From assembly GCA_039589275.1 (NCBI GenBank), contig JBDHHP010000004.1, positions 11,377 through 75,376 on the forward strand: a stretch of DNA of 64,000 nucleotides, in the 5' to 3' direction. The DNA is from Gemmatimonadota bacterium (GTDB lineage Bacteria; Gemmatimonadota; Gemmatimonadetes; Gemmatimonadales; GWC2-71-9). Positions 58,008 to 64,000 of this stretch are shown here, piece by piece (positions within the stretch are counted from its first letter, which is position 1; the number at the start of each line of letters is the position of its first letter). The notes below the pieces were generated by a model. The model saw nothing but the letters and a program-made list of their open reading frames with translations, did no database searches and was not told where the DNA came from. The position numbers were made by a program, and so were the translations under genes.

Positions 58008-58801
58008 AGGTTCTAGCGGCTGTTCACGTCTCGTTGGTCGGTCGGCTTGAGCAGGCGGCCCGCCACCGGTTCGAGTTCCATGCCGTCAATGCGTGGGACG
58101 AGGCGGTGGATGCGATCCTGCGGCATCCCTTGGAGATGGCCGTAGTGGATCCGGGCTTGTCGGGGAGGGTACGGGCCCAGGAGATAGAGCGGATTCGGGT
58201 TTTATTCCCGTCGTTGCCGCTCATCGTGTACACGCGGCTCTCACCAGACCTCGCCGGAGTATTACTGCATCTGGGCCAGACAGGAATCCGTCAGGTTGTC
58301 ATTGCCCAGCATGACGATCATCCCGACCGGCTTCGCGAGATCCTCGCGGCTGAGACAGCTAGGGTCGTATCTCACAAGTTGATCGATTCGCTAAGCGACC
58401 TGCTGGCCGGTTGCCCGGGCGAGCTTCGCTGGGCCATCGAGACGATTATCCGCGAACCAGCCGCCGTGCAATCCGTGCAGGACCTGGCCCGGCGGGCACG
58501 AATTGACCGGAGGACATGTCTGCGGTGGTTTGCAAGGGCGCAACTGCCGCCGCCCCGGGTCATGCTGATGATCCTACGCGCCGTGTACGCCCACAGGTTG
58601 CTGCAGGACCCCGGTTACACGGTCGAAGACGTAGCCTTCAGGCTGGGGTACGCTCAGACCCGCACGTTCGCGCAGAACGTGAAGGAGGTTCTGGGCATGA
58701 CACCCGGTGAACTCCGGGTGTCCCTGAGTCCGGACCAGGCGCTCTCGATCGTGCGCGAACGCTACTTCACGACCCCATCCGAGGCGGAGCGGGCATCGTG
58801 A
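58004..58801 (+). CDS. AraC/XylS-family regulator with N-terminal receiver-like (pseudo-receiver) domain
   Basis: 265 aa. C-terminal HTH_18-like region (RTCLRWFARAQLPPPRVMLMILRAVYAHRLL...VEDVAFRLGYAQTRTFAQNVKEVLGMTPGELR). The N-terminal domain lacks the acidic DD pair. Confidence 0.75.
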   Translation: MQVLAAVHVSLVGRLEQAARHRFEFHAVNAWDEAVDAILRHPLEMAVVDPGLSGRVRAQEIERIRVLFPSLPLIVYTRLSPDLAGVLLHLGQTGIRQVVIAQHDDHPDRLREILAAETARVVSHKLIDSLSDLLAGCPGELRWAIETIIREPAAVQSVQDLARRARIDRRTCLRWFARAQLPPPRVMLMILRAVYAHRLLQDPGYTVEDVAFRLGYAQTRTFAQNVKEVLGMTPGELRVSLSPDQALSIVRERYFTTPSEAERAS

Positions 58802-59196
58802 GATCGGTCGCCGTGATGATTGTCGAGGACGATAGCACCGAGCGTAACGCCCTCGGAGATGCAATCAAGCAGCACGGTCACCACGTGCTCTTGGCGGCAT
58901 CAGGTGAGGAGGCGTGCGACATACTTCGGGATACTCGGGTCGACGTAATGCTAATGGAGCTGTCGATGCCGGCAATGTCCGGGCAGACGTTGTTCCATAT
59001 CATTATCAGCAGATGGCCCGAAATGCGCACACGCGTGTCGGTCATGACCGGTGACCCGGAAGCGCAAAAGCACGACCCCTGGCTGAAGTTGTATGGGCTT
59101 CCGGTTGTGAAGAAGCCTCTGCAACTGCACGAGATCCTGAGGCTCATCGAGGAGCTCTCCCCCGAAGATCCACTGGAGGTAAATGGGGACATCTGA
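58798..59196 (+). CDS. Single-domain CheY-like receiver with Glu at the phospho-acceptor position
   Basis: 132 aa. VEDD pair, Thr (VMTGD) and Lys-Pro (VVKKP) are present, but the conserved Asp is Glu (DVMLMELSMPAMSG). GTGA overlap with the upstream gene. Confidence 0.85.
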   Translation: MRSVAVMIVEDDSTERNALGDAIKQHGHHVLLAASGEEACDILRDTRVDVMLMELSMPAMSGQTLFHIIISRWPEMRTRVSVMTGDPEAQKHDPWLKLYGLPVVKKPLQLHEILRLIEELSPEDPLEVNGDI

Positions 59197-59900
59197 TGAC
59201 CGCCATCGGCTCCCCGCAAGACCCGCTCTACACTCTGCGCGAATACAGGCACCTGGCTCCGTGGAACCTCCGTGACATGGTAGCCGTGGCTAGCGCGATT
59301 TTGGACTCCGCCAACGTCACGCCAATAAACGCCGCTGCAACGGCGCTGCCCAACGAACGCACTATCCGTTTCTACGTGACTCGTGGATTGGTAACCCCAC
59401 CCGAGGGTCGTGGAACCGCTGCCACCTACGGGTATCGTCACCTGCTTCAGGTCCTGGGCATCAAGTTGAGGCAGATGGAGGGCGCCACCCTGGCACAGAT
59501 CGAAACTGAATTGGGCCAGACAACGGGCGATGTGCTGGAACGGCGCGTGGCCGCAGCACTTGGACCGGGACTGCCTGCACCTCGTGCGCTCGCGATGGCA
59601 CGGCTGGAGCGACCCGCCACTGGCAGGGCGGGCAGAGTTCTGCAGACCCTTCCCGCCGAGAGCCGGGCAAGTGGGTTGGCAGCGGGCGTGTCAGGGTTCA
59701 CGGAGGAGACTTGGCACCGGATCTTTGTATCGAGGGGCGTTGAACTCCATGTGAGCGACCGCCATCCCTTGGCCAGCCTAAGCGGTCGAAGTACTGACGT
59801 GGCCGACGCCATACGCAGCACGATCTCTCAACTACTCGGAAGAATTCAGGGTGCTCAGCCTGCTGGAGTTGCCGGGCCAAGCGAAGAGCCTCCAAACTAG
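59196..59900 (+). CDS. MerR-like HTH protein with uncharacterised C-terminal domain
   Basis: 234 aa. The MerR-type HTH wing pattern is ERTIRFYVTRGLVTPPEGRGTAATYGYRHLLQVLGIKLRQ. 1-nt TGATG overlap with the upstream gene. Confidence 0.55.
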   Translation: MTAIGSPQDPLYTLREYRHLAPWNLRDMVAVASAILDSANVTPINAAATALPNERTIRFYVTRGLVTPPEGRGTAATYGYRHLLQVLGIKLRQMEGATLAQIETELGQTTGDVLERRVAAALGPGLPAPRALAMARLERPATGRAGRVLQTLPAESRASGLAAGVSGFTEETWHRIFVSRGVELHVSDRHPLASLSGRSTDVADAIRSTISQLLGRIQGAQPAGVAGPSEEPPN

Positions 59901-59945
59901 TCCCCTGAAAGTCTTGGACATCGACACACCAATCGAGGTGGACTC

Positions 59946-60536
59946 ATGATCAATTGGTTGTTTCCAATCGTCATCATCGTCCTGATCTTGTGGGCGGTTG
60001 GCGCCTACAACAAGCTGATTGCGCTCAAGGGCCAAACGACCAACGCCTGGAAGCAGATCGATGTCCAGCTGAAGCGTCGTCATGACCTCATTCCCAACCT
60101 CGTCGAGGCCGTGAAGGGCGCCATGGAATTCGAGCGCGGGACTCTCGAGGAGGTAATCCAAGCCCGCAACCAGGCTGTCAAGATCCAGGCAGATGCCTTG
60201 CCTACGGCTGGCGTGAAGCAACTCGCGGCCGCCGAAGCTGCGCTATCGTCCGCCCTAGGTAAACTCAACGTCGTGGTCGAGCGTTACCCCGATCTCAAAG
60301 CAACCGGCAATGTGGCACAGCTTCAGGAGGAGCTGACGTCGACCGAGAATCGAGTGTCCTTTGCGCGGCAGTTGTACAACGACACAGCCACTGGATACAA
60401 CATCAAACAGCAGCAGTTCCCATGGAATCTCATTGCCGGATTCGCCAAGGCAGAAGTGGTTGAGCTGTGGGAGATAACAGACGAGAGTGAGCGAGAGGTA
60501 CCGAAGGTCGATCTGTCGATGAAACCAAAGCAGTGA
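59946..60536 (+). CDS. lemA: LemA-family protein
   Basis: 196 aa. N-terminal TM and LemA core (YNKLIALKGQTTNAWKQIDVQLKRRHDLIPNLVE...RYPDLKA...FARQLYNDTATGYN). Confidence 0.9.
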   Translation: MINWLFPIVIIVLILWAVGAYNKLIALKGQTTNAWKQIDVQLKRRHDLIPNLVEAVKGAMEFERGTLEEVIQARNQAVKIQADALPTAGVKQLAAAEAALSSALGKLNVVVERYPDLKATGNVAQLQEELTSTENRVSFARQLYNDTATGYNIKQQQFPWNLIAGFAKAEVVELWEITDESEREVPKVDLSMKPKQ

Positions 60537-61564
60537 CCGCCAGCAACCTCTTTGAACAGCAGGCAGCGAACCGGCGTCGATCAGCACTACTAGTCACAAT
60601 CTTCCTGCTCTTCTTTGCGTGGATCGGGTTTGGCGCCGACTTGATCTTTCACCTTCAAACCGTCGGGAATCCGCCCGGCAGATATCAGCACGTCCTTCCC
60701 TGGTTCGGAATAGCGACGACCTTGCTGGCGGCAGGGATGGCATGGCACGCCTGGCGGAAAGGGCCCAAGGAGATTCTCTGGGCTACTGGAGCTTGGGAGC
60801 TGGTCGAACCCTCACGTGCGGAAGAGAGCGTGCTGGTCAACGTCGTCGAGGAGATGGCGATTGCCTCGGGACTACCGCGCCCCACGATTTGGATCGTTCC
60901 AGACAAGGACCCCAACGCGTTCGCTACCGGAACGGACCCGACCCAGGCTCACGTCGCGGTCACAGAGGGCCTGTTGGACACCCTGAAGCGGGACGAGCTT
61001 CAAGCGGTGGTCGCGCACGAGATGGCACATATCCGAAACCACGATGTGAAGCTCATGACTCTGCTCGCGGCGCTGGTTGGGGTAATGGCACTGATCGCCG
61101 ATGGAACTCGGCGGTTTCTCTGGTACGGCGGTGGCAGAGGCCGCGGCAGATCCGCCGGGGGCGGTGGTAAGAAAGGTGGCGCCGGAGCGCTGGTAGTAGT
61201 CCTGGCTGTCATCTGGATCATCAGCGTGATTCTCGCGCCCATTGTCTCCCGTCTGCTAGCCTTGGGCGTAAGCCGCAAGAGGGAGTTCTTGGCAGATGCC
61301 ACCGCCGCACAGTTCACGCGGAACCCCGGTGGCTTAGCCTCCGCCTTGCGCACCATAGAAACTGCTGCAGCGCCGACCCGGTCCATCAAGCGGGGGTCCG
61401 CTCACCTCTGCATCGCAGATCCGCTGGGACGCAGGCTCACCCATAAGGAGGGCGCCTTCGCCAATCTGCTCGCGACCCACCCTCCCATGGGCATCCGAAT
61501 CGCGCGCCTGAGAGCAATGGCTTACCAGTACCAAAAGACTGGAATAATCCCGGAGGAAGTCTGA
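60533..61564 (+). CDS. M48-family (HtpX-like) zinc metallopeptidase
   Basis: 343 aa, four TM helices, HEMAHIRNHD zinc motif, Gly/Arg-rich loop. 4-nt overlap with lemA. Confidence 0.9.
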   Translation: MTASNLFEQQAANRRRSALLVTIFLLFFAWIGFGADLIFHLQTVGNPPGRYQHVLPWFGIATTLLAAGMAWHAWRKGPKEILWATGAWELVEPSRAEESVLVNVVEEMAIASGLPRPTIWIVPDKDPNAFATGTDPTQAHVAVTEGLLDTLKRDELQAVVAHEMAHIRNHDVKLMTLLAALVGVMALIADGTRRFLWYGGGRGRGRSAGGGGKKGGAGALVVVLAVIWIISVILAPIVSRLLALGVSRKREFLADATAAQFTRNPGGLASALRTIETAAAPTRSIKRGSAHLCIADPLGRRLTHKEGAFANLLATHPPMGIRIARLRAMAYQYQKTGIIPEEV

Positions 61565-61608
61565 TCCTAACTCGCGGCGACTGGGCGCTGCTCGGTGCCG
61601 CCGTCCTC

Positions 61609-63030
61609 TTGCTCGCCGGCGTCGTTGTCTGGACCGTCCGGTTTACTCGCGTGGCCATCCGGCGCCGCCTAGATCGAGCTGTACTCCGGGCAGTCCATCG
61701 ATTCCAAGTGCGCCTCGACCGCTACAAGCTCGTCAGTAAGCAGGCAATAAGAGAGGAGCTGCTACAAGATACGGAACTCTCCGCGGCGATAGACGAACAT
61801 TGTCAGGCGTTCGGCTTGTCTGAAGACGAGGCACGAGCCAAGGTCGATGGTTACGTCGACGAGATCGTTCCCTTCTTTGACGTGCTCTCCTACTACAAAT
61901 TCGGCTACAACGTAGCGCGGGTCCTGCTGCGGCTACTATACCGAGTCACGTCGGAGTACCAGGACGGCAAGGCGCTTCAGCGTATTCCCGCCACAGACGT
62001 GGTGATCTACTTGATGAACCACCGATCTAACGCAGACTACATGGTGGTCGCTTATGTCCTGGCACACGGCGTGAGCATAAGCTACGCAGTTGGAGAGTGG
62101 GCACGGATATGGCCGCTCGAATACGTTTTCAAGTCGTTTGGTGCCTATTTCGTGCGGCGAGGATTTCGCGAGCCCCTGTATCACACCGTTCTGGAACGAT
62201 ACGTACAACTGATTACGCGGAATGGTGTCACCCAAGGGATCTTCTTGGAGGGAGGACTCTCACGGAACGGCACAATGCGACCTGCCAAGATTGGCTTGCT
62301 GGACTACAGCGTGCGTGTCGTTCTCGATCCTAGCTTCAAGCGCGATGTGTGGCTCGTGCCGGTGGCAATCAACTATGACCGGGTGCTCGAGGATAGAACG
62401 CTGATTCATGAGTTGATTGACGAACGCGAGCGCCCCGGGCGGCTGCGCCAGTTCACAACGGCACTGCACTTCATCATATCCAACTTGCTCAGGCTCGTGA
62501 CTGGCAACCTCAAGCGTTATGGCCGAGTGGCCGTGAACTTCGGCACGCCAATCTCAGTGAGCGAATGGACCGCCCAGAATCCGGGGGTGCTGCAGCAGAC
62601 AAGACGCGAACGGTTATCAAACCTTCAGACACTGGCTGATGACGCGATGAGCCGCGTTGCCGCAATAATGCCGGTCACACCGGTGCCGTTGGTTTCGGCC
62701 GCGTTTCTTTCGTTCGGCGAGTCTTTGGTGCGGCGGAGTGATTTGCTCGATCGGATTGACGCATACCGCGATCATTTGCGCGGCACTGGAGCAAAACTGG
62801 TACGAGCTGAGCTGGCCGCCGACGCCATATTAGATCGAGCGTGGCGCATGCTCAGAATGAGGCGACTCGTCGTGCGCCAGGGAGACGCCTATGTGATTCT
62901 CCCTCGGCAGCGCCCCCTCATGGAGTTCTATGCCAACTCGGTGCGACATCTACTGCCTGACGCGCCCGCTAGGAGACCGATGCACCCGGGATTCGAAGCG
63001 GATGATTCGCTACCACGGCTGAGACATTAG
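61609..63030 (+). CDS. PlsB-like glycerol-3-phosphate/lysophospholipid acyltransferase
   Basis: 473 aa. GPAT motifs I-IV are present (NHRSNADY; GAYFVRRGF; FLEGGLSRNG; VPVAINYDRV). Confidence 0.85.
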   Translation: MLAGVVVWTVRFTRVAIRRRLDRAVLRAVHRFQVRLDRYKLVSKQAIREELLQDTELSAAIDEHCQAFGLSEDEARAKVDGYVDEIVPFFDVLSYYKFGYNVARVLLRLLYRVTSEYQDGKALQRIPATDVVIYLMNHRSNADYMVVAYVLAHGVSISYAVGEWARIWPLEYVFKSFGAYFVRRGFREPLYHTVLERYVQLITRNGVTQGIFLEGGLSRNGTMRPAKIGLLDYSVRVVLDPSFKRDVWLVPVAINYDRVLEDRTLIHELIDERERPGRLRQFTTALHFIISNLLRLVTGNLKRYGRVAVNFGTPISVSEWTAQNPGVLQQTRRERLSNLQTLADDAMSRVAAIMPVTPVPLVSAAFLSFGESLVRRSDLLDRIDAYRDHLRGTGAKLVRAELAADAILDRAWRMLRMRRLVVRQGDAYVILPRQRPLMEFYANSVRHLLPDAPARRPMHPGFEADDSLPRLRH

Positions 63031-63039
63031 CTTCCAGTC

Positions 63040-64000
63040 ATGCCCCCGATCCACATCCCTGGACTCAAACTTGGTGACCGTGTCGAGGACAGCTTCGTCG
63101 TTCTCAACGTGGACATACGATCCCTGGACAACGGCGATTCTTTCACCGTTCTCACTCTGGGAAACAGCACCGGATCGATCGACTCCGAGCCCTTCTGGCC
63201 CGGAGATCAGGATAAGATTGCGGGCGTGCAGAAGGGTCATCCCGTTCGGGCGTCTGGTGAGGTCGGCCTCTTCAGGCAGAAAAAGCAAATCAAGGTTCGC
63301 ACCATCACTGTGCTAACCAGAGATGCCGTAGATCTCATGAGCCTACTGCCCGCAGTTGGGCAGGTAGACCGGTACTGGGATACGCTGGACGGCTGGCGTC
63401 GATCAATTGAGAAGCCGCGTCTCCGGGCCGTGTTGGACTTGTTCTTCGAGGACGACGCATTCCGAGAGAAGTTCGAACGCTGTCCCGCGAGCATACGGGG
63501 ACACCATGCGCAACTCGGCGGGTTACTTAAGCACACCACCGAAGTGGCCGCGATAGCACGCGCCGTGGCACGGACCTCAGGTGCTGACCAAGATGTCGTG
63601 CTCGCCGGAGTTCTGCTGCACGACATAGGCAAGCTGGAAGCCTACAGCTGGGACGGCATCTTCGACTACACTGTTCCCGGGTCTCTGCTGGGACACGTGG
63701 TTCTTGGTGCTTTGATGTTTGACGAGAGACTTGGAATAGAGCCGGACCCCGTCTGCACCGAAGAGGAGCGCTTGGTGTTGCTGCACGCCATACTCTCGCA
63801 CCACGGTCAACTGGCGTTTGGCAGCCCCGTTCAGCCCATGACCCTCGAGGCAGAGGTGCTGCATTGGGCCGATAACGCGAGTGCTAAGACCACAAGCGTG
63901 GCGGATGCGCTCAACGACCCCGAGAGCTTTGTGGATGGCCCTGTATCAAAGCCGAAGTGGGCGCTTGACCGCCGGCGCGTGTACCGCAGCGCCTGTGATT
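63040..64000 (+). CDS. OB-fold plus HD-domain nuclease (YhaM-like 3'-5' exoribonuclease), 3' end beyond the window
   Basis: Not in the ORF track because it has no stop in the window. My translation from ATG 63040 gives MPPIHIPGLKLGDRVEDSFVVLNVDIRS... (OB fold), then HHAQLGGLLKHT...LLHDIGK...HHG (HD domain). Confidence 0.8.
   Translation, partial: MPPIHIPGLKLGDRVEDSFVVLNVDIRSLDNGDSFTVLTLGNSTGSIDSEPFWPGDQDKIAGVQKGHPVRASGEVGLFRQKKQIKVRTITVLTRDAVDLMSLLPAVGQVDRYWDTLDGWRRSIEKPRLRAVLDLFFEDDAFREKFERCPASIRGHHAQLGGLLKHTTEVAAIARAVARTSGADQDVVLAGVLLHDIGKLEAYSWDGIFDYTVPGSLLGHVVLGALMFDERLGIEPDPVCTEEERLVLLHAILSHHGQLAFGSPVQPMTLEAEVLHWADNASAKTTSVADALNDPESFVDGPVSKPKWALDRRRVYRSACD

Noticed and set aside
1-64000. 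CRISPR arrays, rRNA genes, IS elements, prophage, toxin-antitoxin or known defence-system genes
   Set aside because: I scanned the intergenic regions and the ORF translations. I found no direct-repeat arrays, no transposase, integrase or recombinase motifs, no reverse transcriptase, and no nuclease/ATPase defence hallmarks.

Overview
This is a high-GC (about 60%), densely coding bacterial chromosomal window. I call about 60 protein genes, one tRNA-Cys(GCA), several hairpin terminators and a few candidate regulatory sites. There is no rRNA, CRISPR array, transposase, integrase, reverse transcriptase or recognisable defence gene. The window therefore reads as mostly core or housekeeping DNA. 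The organism may be a Gemmatimonadota-like lineage, but that is a low-confidence guess from gene content. Two genes run off the window edges and are missing from the ORF track; I recovered both by translating them myself. They are a second RND permease at 1-2950 (-) and an OB-fold/HD YhaM-like nuclease at 63040-64000 (+).

Main blocks:
- 1-8722 (-): a four-gene efflux operon, in the order MFP, TolC-like, RND, RND.
- 13.2-22.4 kb (+): a long co-directional run. It holds an amidohydrolase, rnhA, dCMP deaminase, a zinc-ribbon/SPFH/membrane-protein trio, a lipoprotein/geranylgeranyl-reductase-like/squalene-synthase trio, thyA and folA.
- 22.5-27.2 kb: an EF-G2 paralogue, a processive-type GT2 synthase, DoxX and a small outer-membrane barrel.
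- 27.4-32.3 kb: a tandem USP, a GAF kinase, an OmpR/HK pair and cytochrome c.
- 32.4-35.7 kb (-): feoB with a DtxR-FeoA-FeoA fusion.
- 35.9-44.9 kb: a tryptophanase/TPL-type lyase, cspA, a TAT GH109-like oxidoreductase, a large Met-zincin, and a HAD/cupin/methyltransferase/RidA group.
- 45.0-51.0 kb: tRNA-Cys, a REC-PAS-HK-REC hybrid kinase, an Omp85-family barrel and glnA.
- 51.8-63.0 kb: an MqnA/D-family protein, an HD-GYP regulator, and the 54.6-61.6 kb cluster described below, then a PlsB-like acyltransferase.

I found no clear-cut novel system. The best candidates are:
1. The 54.6-61.6 kb cluster. It contains a beta-propeller, an orphan pseudopilin, a TPR protein, a small repeat-bearing lipoprotein, phased direct repeats, and three coupled regulators with atypical receivers, followed by LemA and an M48 peptidase.
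2. A roughly 130-nt, near-perfect rod-like inverted repeat at 39672-39801.
3. The translationally coupled zinc-ribbon/SPFH/membrane-protein trio.
4. The lipoprotein/GGR-like/squalene-synthase trio.

All functional calls rest on motif recognition by eye; no searches were run.
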